This document shows positions 1-9,281 of a stretch of DNA of 64,000 nt, in pieces. This DNA is from Malonomonas sp. (GTDB lineage: Bacteria; Desulfobacterota; Desulfuromonadia; Desulfuromonadales; Geopsychrobacteraceae). Under the pieces are notes generated by a model. The model worked only from the letters and a program-made list of their open reading frames with translations, was not told the DNA's origin and ran no database searches. The first letter of the stretch is position 1. Each line of letters begins with the position of its first letter. The DNA lies in the NCBI GenBank assembly GCA_036526255.1, contig DATCYW010000017.1, positions 8,675 to 72,674 of the forward strand, read 5' to 3'. The position numbers and the translations under genes are program-made.

Positions 1-740
<740 letters not shown>

Positions 741-773
741 GCAGGAAATCGCCGTAGGCGGCGGCAAAATCGC

Positions 774-803
774 TTGACATCAAAAGCCTCGTGTCCTTAC
801 TAT
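774..803 (+). promoter_or_regulatory. Sigma70-type promoter for tRNA-Ile2
   Basis: TTGACA (774-779), 18 nt spacer, TACTAT (798-803), 14 nt upstream of the tRNA. Confidence 0.75.
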
Positions 804-817
804 GTTCGCTTGCGTGA

Positions 818-894
818 GGGCCTATAGCTCAGTTGGTTAGAGCCGCCGGCTCATAACCGGCTGGTCCCAGGTTCGAGTCCTGGTGGGCCCACCA
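818..894 (+). tRNA. ileX: tRNA-Ile2 (anticodon CAT, lysidine-modified type)
   Basis: 77-nt cloverleaf GGGCCTA...TGGGCCC-A-CCA; T-loop TTCGAGT; anticodon arm GCCGG-CTCATAA-CCGGC. C4:G69 and C5:G68 pairs (TilS determinants) and position after rpoD favour Ile2 over Met. Confidence 0.9.
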
Positions 895-937
895 AGATAA
901 ACCCACGGCGACCTAACAGTTGCTGTAACTCAGGCAG

Positions 938-1086
938 ATGTGTTGACGGCAGATAATCGAAAGACAGCGATACCGCATCCACTGGAAGGTCATTTGGAAT
1001 GCGGACACATAGCGGCAGCGACCGCTACAGGTGAAAACCAGATAAGACGAGAGTGTACCGGGGAACCGGTGCACTCTTTCTTTTTG
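938..1086 (+). ncRNA. Candidate structured RNA of unknown family in the tRNA 3' trailer / nif3 leader
   Basis: Nested stems ATGTGT/ACACAT, CCGCAT/ATGCGG, AGCGG/CCGCT and GGT-GAAA-ACC, followed by a terminator; no plausible sense ORF. Confidence 0.4.
1050..1086 (+). terminator. Intrinsic terminator 13 nt before the nif3 start
   Basis: AGAGTGTACCGG-GGAA-CCGGTGCACTCT (12 bp, one G-U pair) followed by TTCTTTTTG. Confidence 0.75.
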
Positions 1087-1099
1087 TCGGGGGGCGCGC

Positions 1100-2257
1100 G
1101 TGGCAAGAGCTAAAAGCCTGCAGCTATCGGGCCTGGTAGGCCTTCTCAACAGTCTTTGCCCGCCGGGGTTGGCGGAAGATTGGGACAATGTCGGCCTGCA
1201 ACTTGGTGATCCGACCGCAGAAATTACCCGCGTGCTAGTCTGTCTTGACGCTGAAGAACTCGCCATCAGCGAAGCCGAACGGCTCGGCGCACAGGCGGTC
1301 ATCTCTCACCACCCGCTGCTGCATCGACCCCTCAAACGACTGACCCCCGGTGACGAAACCGGCCGCGTGATCTTTCGGGCCATCCGCAATGAGATCGCAA
1401 TCCTGAGCGCACACACCAACCTAGATCGCGTCGCCGACGGCCTGAACGACTGGCTGGCGCAGCGCATCGGGCTGATCGAGTTTAAGCCGCTGGAAGCACC
1501 ACAGGCGGGCAACTGCTACAAGCTGGTGGTGTTTGTCCCGCAGGGGCATGAGCTCGAGGTACTGGACGCCATTTTTGCCGCAGGTGGCGGCCAGGTTGGT
1601 GCTTACGACCGTTGCTCCTTCCGCAGCGTCGGAACCGGCAGCTTTCGTGGTAATGAGACAACCAGTCCGTTTATCGGCCAGCCGGGCGCCAGCGAGGAAA
1701 CTCAGGAGTTGCGGCTGGAAACCATCGTCCCCGGCGATCTGCTGCAGAAGGTCGTTGCCCGGATGATCAAAGCGCACCCCTACGAAGAGGTTGCCTACGA
1801 TCTGATTCCGCTGGCTAACCGGCGCAGCGATGTCGGTTTGGGGCGCATCGGCAGACTTGAGCAGCCGCTCAGTCTGCAGGATTTTGCCGAACAGGTGCGC
1901 CAACAGCTGCAGGTGCCGGCGTTACGAATGGTCGGCGAGCCGCAGCGACAGATCAGCAAGGTCGCAGTCTGCGGAGGCAGTGGCGCTTCCCTGATTGGCG
2001 ATGCTCTGCGCCAGGGGGCCGATTGTCTGGTCACTGGCGATGTGAAATATCACGATGCCCAGCGCGCCCGCTCCGAGGGGCTGGCGTTGATCGATGCCGG
2101 GCACTTTGCAACAGAACATTTAATGGTGACAGAGCTTTCTGCCCGTTTGCAGAAAGCTGCCGATGCGCGGCAGTTACCGGTCGAGTTTATCGAGATGACA
2201 GCAGAGCAGGACCCGTTTACAACGGTCTGCTTCAGTCACAAACCCAGCCAGAAATGA
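1100..2257 (+). CDS. Nif3-like dinuclear metal centre protein (DUF34/YqfO type, with PII-like insert)
   Basis: 'AEDWDNVGLQLG', 'ISHHPL', 'HTNLD', insert 'YKLVVFVP...HPYEEVAYD', 'TGDVKYH', 'DAGHFATE'; GTG start. Confidence 0.95.
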   Translation: MARAKSLQLSGLVGLLNSLCPPGLAEDWDNVGLQLGDPTAEITRVLVCLDAEELAISEAERLGAQAVISHHPLLHRPLKRLTPGDETGRVIFRAIRNEIAILSAHTNLDRVADGLNDWLAQRIGLIEFKPLEAPQAGNCYKLVVFVPQGHELEVLDAIFAAGGGQVGAYDRCSFRSVGTGSFRGNETTSPFIGQPGASEETQELRLETIVPGDLLQKVVARMIKAHPYEEVAYDLIPLANRRSDVGLGRIGRLEQPLSLQDFAEQVRQQLQVPALRMVGEPQRQISKVAVCGGSGASLIGDALRQGADCLVTGDVKYHDAQRARSEGLALIDAGHFATEHLMVTELSARLQKAADARQLPVEFIEMTAEQDPFTTVCFSHKPSQK

Positions 2258-2269
2258 TGGAGGCATAAC

Positions 2270-2980
2270 GTGCAAGACAAGATGAACCTGCTGAGGGAAC
2301 TTCAGGAGATCGATCAGGAAATCAGTACTATCGAGGAAACCCGTCAGGGCTATCAGGATGAATTGGCCGTTTTTGGCAGCGATGCTGCCCGGGTGCAGGC
2401 GATGCTTGATGAGCTGAACGAGGAGTTGAGTGCTCTCCAGCAGGAGGAATCCCTGCTGCAGCAGCAGATGCTCAAGGAGCGCGACAACGTCGCCAAGGTT
2501 GAAAGCCGCCTGCCGGAGATTCAGACGCAGAAAGAGTATGTCGCAGTCCTTAAAGAGATCGACATGGCGAAAAAAGCCAACAAAGATCTGAATGAGAAAC
2601 TGCAGGCAAAACAGCTGGAGATTGCTGCTCTGCAACAGGACCAGCAGGAAAAAGAGCAGGAGCTGGGTGCTCTTACCGAAAAGGCTGAAGCCCGTGGTTC
2701 CGAGCTGACTGCGCTGATGAGTGAAAGCGAAACAGTTCTGGTGAAACGCAAGGAGACTCGCGCAGCGGTTGCCAAGGATGTGCCGGGCTCGATACTGCGC
2801 CAATACCAGATGCTGTACAAGCGGCGCGGTGGCCTGGCTCTGGTGCTGGCCCGCAATGGCGCTTGTCTGGGCTGCAATATGCAGTTGCCGCCACAACAGT
2901 ACAACAGCCTGTTGCGGGTTGCCGATCTGCAATCCTGCCCGCATTGCAACCGTTTGCTGTACGTCGAGCGCGAAGTTTAA
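2270..2980 (+). CDS. Coiled-coil protein with C-terminal C4 zinc ribbon (DUF164 family)
   Basis: Long heptad-rich region, then 'CLGCNMQLPPQ...CPHCNRLLY'; typical nif3 neighbour. Confidence 0.9.
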   Translation: MQDKMNLLRELQEIDQEISTIEETRQGYQDELAVFGSDAARVQAMLDELNEELSALQQEESLLQQQMLKERDNVAKVESRLPEIQTQKEYVAVLKEIDMAKKANKDLNEKLQAKQLEIAALQQDQQEKEQELGALTEKAEARGSELTALMSESETVLVKRKETRAAVAKDVPGSILRQYQMLYKRRGGLALVLARNGACLGCNMQLPPQQYNSLLRVADLQSCPHCNRLLYVEREV

Positions 2981-2990
2981 AGAGAACGCT

Positions 2991-3391
2991 GGTCAAAGAA
3001 GGACAGGTGATCGCCGGTCCACCGGCTTCGTGCCAAGGTGGACGGGAGGAAAGTCCGGGCTCCGCAGGACAGGATGGTCCCTAACGGGGACCGGGGGTGA
3101 CCCCAGGGAAAGTGCCACAGAGAGAAGACCGCCCGTCGCTGCCTTTGGTAGCAGCGGGTAAGGGTGAAAGGGTGAGGTAAGAGCTCACCAGTTCCGGCGG
3201 TGACGTTGGAAGCTCGGTAAACCCCATCCGGAGCAAGACCGAATAGGGGAACGTTTGAGGACGGTCCGTCCGAAGTTCCCGGGTCTGGTTGCTTGAGGCC
3301 GTTGGCAACAGCGGTCCTAGATGAATGATCATCGCCCCGCAGCGGGTAACTTCTGCGGGGAACAAAACCCGGCTTACGGACTTCTTTGGCC
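2991..3391 (+). ncRNA. rnpB: RNase P RNA, bacterial type A
   Basis: 'GAGGAAAGTCCGGGC', 'AGTGCCACAGAGA', 'GGTAAACCCC', 'AACAAAACCCGGCTTA'; terminal P1 pairing GGTCAAAGAAG/CTTCTTTGGCC. Confidence 0.97.
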
Positions 3392-3443
3392 ATTTTTTTC
3401 CGGCAGTACGACTTGTAGTCGTACTGCCGTATTTTTGAGAGCT

Positions 3444-3989
3444 ATGACCCTTTTGCAGCAGAGCAGGATCGAACGCTGGCAGTCGCTTCTTCAGCAGGTT
3501 GAAGTAGCCTACCGTGCGCTTGACAAGGACGAAAAGGCTTGGATCCGCCGGCAGTTGTTACAGATCGAATCTCTGCAACTGCAGCTTGAACAGCTGTTTC
3601 TGCAAGGGGGCGGCGCCAAGGCCTGCAGCGGCTGTCAGGGGGACTGCTGCGCCAAGGGGCATAATCACCTGACCCTGGCCAACCTGCTCAGTTATCTGCA
3701 GGAGCAGCAGCGGCCACCGCTTGCGGATTTTTCCCGTACCTGCCCTTTTCTTGCCGAACAGGGCTGTCAGTTGCCGGTGGCCAGTCGCCCCTACAACTGT
3801 GTCAGCTTCGTTTGTGATATAATCGAGAACGCTTTGTCCGCTGCGGAGCAGGCCGAATTTTATCGTCTCGAAGGCTTGCTGCGCAGCTGTTATCTGGAAT
3901 TCGCCGCGCGCTACCGCGGCGCCGGCATGACCGGGCTGTTGTTGCAGCAGGAGCAGTTGTCCGCCAGCGCGTTTTTAGAGAAGAAGTAG
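3444..3989 (+). CDS. Cysteine-cluster protein, YkgJ/CxxCxxxCC-like (putative Fe-S or Zn binding)
   Basis: 'CSGCQGDCC', 'CPFL...GCQL...RPYNCVSFVC'. Start moved to ATG 3444 because the longer track ORF overlaps rnpB. Confidence 0.7.
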   Translation: MTLLQQSRIERWQSLLQQVEVAYRALDKDEKAWIRRQLLQIESLQLQLEQLFLQGGGAKACSGCQGDCCAKGHNHLTLANLLSYLQEQQRPPLADFSRTCPFLAEQGCQLPVASRPYNCVSFVCDIIENALSAAEQAEFYRLEGLLRSCYLEFAARYRGAGMTGLLLQQEQLSASAFLEKK

Positions 3990-4037
3990 CATTTGTCGAT
4001 TGTTGCCACGGTTTGATGACAGGAGCTTGTACTGACT

Positions 4038-5066
4038 ATGAAATTGAATTTTGATCGGACCAACGGGGAGATCGACGTGCTGATTGATGACCTGATGCAG
4101 CGCGCCCAGGTGCACCACCCGGAGATGATCCGCCAGATGATTCTCGGTGCCTTGAAATCCGGTCAGGAGAATGATTACCTGGCCGATCAGAAGCTGATGC
4201 GCACGACCATGAAAGAGATGCGCTTCACCAACAAGGTGTTTGCCCCCTATCGCGGCCGTAAGAAGGTCAGTATCTTCGGTAGCGCCCGCACCCTGCCAAG
4301 CGAGCCGATTTATCAGAAGTGTGTCCGCTTTGCCAAGCTGCTGGTCGAGCACAACTACATGGTGATCACCGGCGGTGGACCGGGGATCATGCAGGCCGGT
4401 AACGAAGGCGCCGGGGCGGCCAACTCCTTTGCCGTCAATATCCAGCTGCCGTTTGAGCAAAGCACCAATCCGGTGATGAGGGACAGCGACAAGGTCGTCA
4501 ACTATAAATACTTCTTCAACCGCAAGGTTGCCTTTCTCAAGGAAGCCGATGCCGTGGTGCTGTTTCCCGGTGGTTTCGGCACCCTGGACGAAGGGATGGA
4601 GGTCATGACGCTGGTGCAGACCGGCAAAAATCCACCGATCCCGCTGATCATGATCGATGACGACAACGGCGGCTACTGGGACATGTTCTTCAACTTCACC
4701 CGTGACGCGCTGCTCAAGCGTGGCCTGATCAGCGGCGAGGATTTTGCCCTGTTCACCATCACCAAAAGCCCTGAAGAAGCGGTGCAGTACATCAATGATT
4801 TCTACCGCAATTACCACTCGCTGCGCTTTGTTGATGGCAAACTGGTGATCCGGCTCAACAAGGCGTTGGATGAAGAGCAACTGCAGACTCTGAACACTGA
4901 ATTCGGTGAGATTCTCGCGCCCGGCGGCAGCATGCGGCTGAGCAAGGCCTTGCCGAAGGAAGCCGACCAGCCCGACCTGCTGCACCTGCCGCGTTTGACG
5001 ATGGAATTCAATCGCCGCAGCTACGGACTGCTCAAAGCGTTCATCCGCCGGATAAACTCTTTTTAA
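4038..5066 (+). CDS. LOG-family nucleotide phosphoribohydrolase, long form
   Basis: 'IFGSART', 'TGGGPGIMQAGN', 'FFNRKVAF', 'FPGGFGTLDE'. Confidence 0.9.
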   Translation: MKLNFDRTNGEIDVLIDDLMQRAQVHHPEMIRQMILGALKSGQENDYLADQKLMRTTMKEMRFTNKVFAPYRGRKKVSIFGSARTLPSEPIYQKCVRFAKLLVEHNYMVITGGGPGIMQAGNEGAGAANSFAVNIQLPFEQSTNPVMRDSDKVVNYKYFFNRKVAFLKEADAVVLFPGGFGTLDEGMEVMTLVQTGKNPPIPLIMIDDDNGGYWDMFFNFTRDALLKRGLISGEDFALFTITKSPEEAVQYINDFYRNYHSLRFVDGKLVIRLNKALDEEQLQTLNTEFGEILAPGGSMRLSKALPKEADQPDLLHLPRLTMEFNRRSYGLLKAFIRRINSF

Positions 5067-5078
5067 GTAAGGCCGAAA

Positions 5079-6194
5079 ATGCCGCCGTTGCAAAAACTTC
5101 CGATCAGTGAACTGCCCGCGCTGCTGCCTGAAAATGATCTGCTGCAGATGTTGCAGCTGATCCGCCAGCTCTATCGCCTGAGTCGGCAGAGCAACTACCG
5201 CCAGCAGGTGTTTCCGCAATTACCCGAAATCGCGCGCTTTGACCCCGGTCATGACGCCCTGATGATGGGCTACGATTTTCACCTGACCGAGGCGGGGCCG
5301 CGGTTGATTGAAGTGAATACCAACGCTGGCGGCGGCTATATTGCCTGGCTGAGCGAGGCGCAGAGCCACGCAGAGTATCCGACCCGGTTGTCGCCGCGGT
5401 TGCAGCAGCGCCTGTTCGGCAGTTTTACCCAGGAATGGCACAGTTTCTCCGCCGGTCAGCGGCCGTTGCGACGGGTTGTTATCATGGATGACGACCCCAG
5501 CGACCAACCGCTCTATCCGGAAATCGTCGCTTGCCGCGACTGGTTGCTGGAGCAGGGGCTGGAGGTCGAGATTGTCACGCCTGAACAGCTGCAGGCCGAT
5601 GCCACTGGCGTGACGGTTGCCGGTCAGCCGGTCGACCTGATCTACAATCGCCATTGCGACTTTTTTCTTGAAGAACCACAACTGGCCGATATCAGAATCG
5701 CCTATCTGGCCGGCAAGGTCTGCCTGTCCCCCAACCCTTTCGCCTATGGCCTGCTGGCCGACAAACGGCGGATGATCCTCTGGTCGGATGACGCTGCTTT
5801 AACGGCGCTGGGGGTAAGCGAAAAAGTGCGCCGCCTGCTGACCACTGTCGTGCCGCGCAGCCGGTTGCTGTCAGAATGTGATCCCGATCAGGTCTGGGAA
5901 GAGCGCAAGGGGTTGGTGTTCAAGCCGGTCACCCGTTTCGGCAGCCGTGGTGTGCTGATGGGCAAGGGGATCAGCCGCAAGCGTTTTGCCGAACAGGAGG
6001 CGGAAACGACGCTGGTGCAGGATCTGGTGCCTCCGTCGGTCGAAACCGCTCAGGACGGGCAGGGGTACAAGGTCGATATCCGCCTGTTTGTCTATCGGAA
6101 TCATCTGCTGGGGATCGGTGCGCGTCTTTATCAGGGGCAGGTGACCAACCTGCGCACCGAAGGTGGCGGCTTCGCGCCGGTGCGTCTGGTCTGA
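5079..6194 (+). CDS. Circularly permuted ATP-grasp (glutathionylspermidine-synthase-like) amide ligase, substrate unknown
   Basis: 'GYDFH...PRLIEVNTNAGG', 'DLIYNR', 'LVFKPVTRFGSRGV', 'LVQDLVPP', 'KVDIRLF'. Confidence 0.7.
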   Translation: MPPLQKLPISELPALLPENDLLQMLQLIRQLYRLSRQSNYRQQVFPQLPEIARFDPGHDALMMGYDFHLTEAGPRLIEVNTNAGGGYIAWLSEAQSHAEYPTRLSPRLQQRLFGSFTQEWHSFSAGQRPLRRVVIMDDDPSDQPLYPEIVACRDWLLEQGLEVEIVTPEQLQADATGVTVAGQPVDLIYNRHCDFFLEEPQLADIRIAYLAGKVCLSPNPFAYGLLADKRRMILWSDDAALTALGVSEKVRRLLTTVVPRSRLLSECDPDQVWEERKGLVFKPVTRFGSRGVLMGKGISRKRFAEQEAETTLVQDLVPPSVETAQDGQGYKVDIRLFVYRNHLLGIGARLYQGQVTNLRTEGGGFAPVRLV

Positions 6195-6203
6195 TTTCTA
6201 AAC

Positions 6204-6235
6204 AAAAAAGCCGCCCTTTCGAGGCGGCTTTTTTT
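6204..6235. terminator. Bidirectional intrinsic terminator
   Basis: AAAAAAGCCGCC-CTTTCGA-GGCGGCTTTTTTT between convergent genes. Confidence 0.9.
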
Positions 6236-6238
6236 CAT

Positions 6239-6673
6239 TCAATATCCCCAGGTCAGATTCTGCCAGACCCAGCCGGTTTTTCCTTGTGAACTGACAATTT
6301 CCAGCCACTCCCCCTGCTTGTTCAGGACGCGGAAGCTGTCCCCCTGCATTGCTTTAAAGACGATGGCATGCTCGGTACCCGGGCCGCTGCGGATATTGCA
6401 AACATCCGCGGTAATGACCAAGCTCGCCCCTGAGCCGACCAGCGAGCGATGGATGTAGCCGACCTGGCCGCGATGGTCCTTGACTTTATAATACTCCGCA
6501 GATTTTTCCAGCACTTCAAGTGGCGCGAAGCGGGGCAGTTCGGCCAGGACTTTGGTGCGGGCCACATACGGCTGGGCACGCAGTTCGGCAGGCTGATGAA
6601 TGACGCTGAGCATCTCCGCCGTGACCGGTGTGGTCATCAGCAAGAACAGGGATAGAAACAAAAACCTTTTCAT
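6239..6673 (-). CDS. Exported protein with two bacterial SH3 domains
   Basis: Signal peptide 'MKRFLFLSLFLLMTTPVTA'; 'NIRSGPG', 'GYIHRSLV', 'GWVWQNL'; GGAGG RBS before ATG 6673. Confidence 0.88.
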   Translation of the reverse strand: MKRFLFLSLFLLMTTPVTAEMLSVIHQPAELRAQPYVARTKVLAELPRFAPLEVLEKSAEYYKVKDHRGQVGYIHRSLVGSGASLVITADVCNIRSGPGTEHAIVFKAMQGDSFRVLNKQGEWLEIVSSQGKTGWVWQNLTWGY

Positions 6674-6716
6674 GTTGCCTCCTTTGATAAGAAAAACCTG
6701 CAATTCAAGCGGACAC

Positions 6717-6745
6717 ATTAGAGCAATTCAGCGGCTGACTGTCAA
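6717..6745 (-). promoter_or_regulatory. Sigma70-type promoter for the SH3 gene
   Basis: Minus strand TTGACA-17 nt-TCTAAT. Confidence 0.6.
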
Positions 6746-6806
6746 GCGCCCCGCAGCCTGTCAGTAATGGCCGTTCTGCGGGTTTGTGCTGCTGCTTCAG
6801 CGGCGG

Positions 6807-7163
6807 TCAGCCGCCGGCCTTTTTAACCTTCCAACCCAGATTCAGCAACTCCTGCAGCAACAGGTCGCGGTGGTCCCCCTGGATTTCAATCACCCCGTCC
6901 TTGATGGTGCCGCCAGTGCCACAGCGTTGTTTGAGGCTTTTGGCCAGCTGCTTCAGTTCGTCGCCCGCCAGCGGGACACCGCTGATCAGAGTCACACCTT
7001 TCCCCTTGCGCCCCTTGGTTTGACGCTGGATGCGTATCGTCCCATCCCCTTTAGGCGGGGACGCTTGTCGTTTGCAGCTGCATTTGTCGGTCGCCTGACG
7101 ACATTCCGGACAGATTCTGCCCTGCTCTGATGAGTAGACCAGGCGGCTGTTGTCTTGTGGCAT
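6807..7163 (-). CDS. yciH: SUI1-family translation initiation factor
   Basis: 'SRLVYSS', 'KGRKGKGVTLISG', 'LKQRCGTGGTIKDGVIEIQGDHR'; AAGGAAGG RBS before ATG 7163. Confidence 0.93.
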   Translation of the reverse strand: MPQDNSRLVYSSEQGRICPECRQATDKCSCKRQASPPKGDGTIRIQRQTKGRKGKGVTLISGVPLAGDELKQLAKSLKQRCGTGGTIKDGVIEIQGDHRDLLLQELLNLGWKVKKAGG

Positions 7164-7184
7164 GTTTCCCTTCCTTTGCATGTT

Positions 7185-9137
7185 TTAAATGTTTTCCTGC
7201 AACAGTTCCTGGGCGGTACTGGCCATGTCAGTCGTGTAAAACTGGTAATTGTTACGCCCCAGCTGCTTGGCCTGATACATGGCACTGTCGGCGCTCTTGA
7301 GCAGCTCTTCGACACTGTGACCATCCTTCGGGTAGATGCTGATGCCGATGCTCGTGGTGATGTAAAGCGAGTTGGGGCACAGGTCGATCGACCGGGACAG
7401 CTGCTGCAGAATCTTTTTTGCCAGCGTGGTGATCTGACCAAGGTCATCGGCCTTCTCGATCATCACCATGAACTCGTCCCCGCCGAACCTGGCGATGGTG
7501 TCGCTTTGCCGGCAACAGTCGTTCAGACGCGTAGCAACCTCCTGCAGCAGTTTGTCACCGCAGCTGTGCCCGAGTGAATCATTGATGTTTTTAAACCGGT
7601 CCAGATCGAGAAAGAACAGCGCAATCTGCGTGCCGTTGCGCATGGCTTTAGCCAACGCATGTTCCAGTCGATCATTGAACAGTAGCCGGTTGGCCAGACC
7701 TGTTAGTGGATCATGATGGGCGAGAAAATTCAGCCGTTGTTGATTGTCACGCAACATCTGTTCGTTTTCTGACAGCGCTGCGTTGGCGCGATGCAGCTCC
7801 ATGGTTCTTTGTCTGACCCGTTCTTCGAGGTGTTGCTTGGCATCTCTGATTTCAGCAAAGGTCAGTTGCAGCGAGCCGGCCATCGCCGCTGCGTTCTGAT
7901 TCAGTTCGTTAATTTCTTTGATGCGGGTTTTCGGCCATTCCAGCGGTGCCGCTTCGTCCTGCAATTTCTCCGGCAGCCCACAGGTCAGCTGCGACAATGC
8001 ACTTAAGGGGGCTGAGATTCTGCGGCTGACCCAACTGGCGAGCAGCAGGGCCGGATAAGTCAGCAGGGTCAGCAGGCAGAATATGCGGATAGCCGACCAG
8101 CGCAGCTCTTTGATAAATGGCTTGACCGGTTTTTCCACTACCAGCTGCCAGCCTAGCAGCTGGTCAATTTCGATCACCTTGAGGTAGGACGACAGCCGCC
8201 AGCGCCCGGCAATCGGCATGAACAAGCGGGTCGCATGGGGAAGACGGTGAATTGCCCCGCCGGGGATTGCTGTGATGTCGGCATTCAACCCCGGATTGAA
8301 TCGGGCTCCCTGTTTATACTGAGGTTTGTTGCTGACCAGTATCCGGCCCTGGTTCAGCAGGGTCAGGTTCCAGATCCCTTGTTCGGTCTCTTTGCCACTC
8401 AAGTGTTTATTCAAGTGGTTCAGGAACTCCGTGAGATTGGTCGCTATGTCGGTAGAGGGTTCTGGCTGGCCGGTGATCGACAGGGCTTTGTCGGTCAGTT
8501 CTTGGCTGATCCTAGCTTCCATCTGGCTGATTGAGCCCTGCAGATGGCCGATTAGCATGACGACTGCCGGAACCATCAGAAAACCGAGCAGCAGGCTGAA
8601 CAGCTGTTGTGAGAGTGAAAAAGATTGCTCTTCTGTTTCGTTCAGCAACCACTGGCGCAGCGGCAGCAGCTGAAACAGCAGACAGGCCAAGGTGGCGTTG
8701 GTGATGCCGTTGACAAAGTTTTTCGCCGAAATCAGCAGGCCGACCTCGGCTTCGGCTCCGAGCAGATAAAAGCTCAACGCGACCAGTGGCGCGCCAATCA
8801 AGATCCAGTAGGTTGCGACCGCCGCGATCAGGTTGTCGCGTTTGCGCCGCTGGCAGAGCCAGAGAACAAAGACCAGCTCAAAAACGTACCAGATGACCGC
8901 ATAGGGGTGGCCAACAGACAGCGGCACCACCAACGCGCTGGCCACGGCAGAAACTGCGGCCCAGGTGGTACCGTAAAGACGTAATATCAGGTAAGTGAAA
9001 ATGCTGGCTGGCAGGTAGATCAGCACCAGCGGGACGGTGATCGGAAACAGGTTGGAAAGGACCGCTGCGGTCAGTAGGCACAGCAGCGACAGTCTGGCAC
9101 GGATTGACAAGTCTCTGAATGCAGTACTTGGGAACAT
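7185..9137 (-). CDS. Membrane-anchored diguanylate cyclase (multi-TM sensor, HAMP-like, GGDEF)
   Basis: Hydrophobic N-terminus; 'HDPLTGLANR', 'DLDRFKNINDSLGH', RxxD I-site 'RQSD' five residues before intact 'GGDEF'; ends at a GGDEF-EAL linker. Confidence 0.9.
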   Translation of the reverse strand: MFPSTAFRDLSIRARLSLLCLLTAAVLSNLFPITVPLVLIYLPASIFTYLILRLYGTTWAAVSAVASALVVPLSVGHPYAVIWYVFELVFVLWLCQRRKRDNLIAAVATYWILIGAPLVALSFYLLGAEAEVGLLISAKNFVNGITNATLACLLFQLLPLRQWLLNETEEQSFSLSQQLFSLLLGFLMVPAVVMLIGHLQGSISQMEARISQELTDKALSITGQPEPSTDIATNLTEFLNHLNKHLSGKETEQGIWNLTLLNQGRILVSNKPQYKQGARFNPGLNADITAIPGGAIHRLPHATRLFMPIAGRWRLSSYLKVIEIDQLLGWQLVVEKPVKPFIKELRWSAIRIFCLLTLLTYPALLLASWVSRRISAPLSALSQLTCGLPEKLQDEAAPLEWPKTRIKEINELNQNAAAMAGSLQLTFAEIRDAKQHLEERVRQRTMELHRANAALSENEQMLRDNQQRLNFLAHHDPLTGLANRLLFNDRLEHALAKAMRNGTQIALFFLDLDRFKNINDSLGHSCGDKLLQEVATRLNDCCRQSDTIARFGGDEFMVMIEKADDLGQITTLAKKILQQLSRSIDLCPNSLYITTSIGISIYPKDGHSVEELLKSADSAMYQAKQLGRNNYQFYTTDMASTAQELLQENI

Positions 9138-9281
9138 ATTCAGTCCGTTAGATAGAGATCAACTGTGCAATCTAGCGGAAAATGAGAAATTATTCCAGAT
9201 AAGATTCTCGGCTGTTTGGGTGGAAATCTAAATAGGGCAGGCCGCTGATAGCGGATGTTGGCTTAAAGCAGCAGTTCGAGG

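Noticed and set aside
944-1000. Resemblance to c-di-GMP-I (GGCAGA...TCGAAAGA) and cobalamin (CCACTGGAAGG) riboswitch fragments
   Set aside because: The GAAA stem is only 2 bp, the GACGCAAAGC and GGGAA...CCCGC cores are missing, and the elements are in the wrong order; kept only as an unknown structured RNA.
913-1302. 129-aa minus-strand ORF over the tRNA-nif3 spacer
   Set aside because: Antisense to nif3 and the terminator, no RBS and no motifs.
2769-3393. ORFs 2769-3161, 2977-3393 and 3081-3365
   Set aside because: They overlie RNase P RNA; chance open frames in GC-rich structured RNA.
3975-5219. 414-aa minus-strand ORF
   Set aside because: Antisense shadow of the LOG gene, no motifs.
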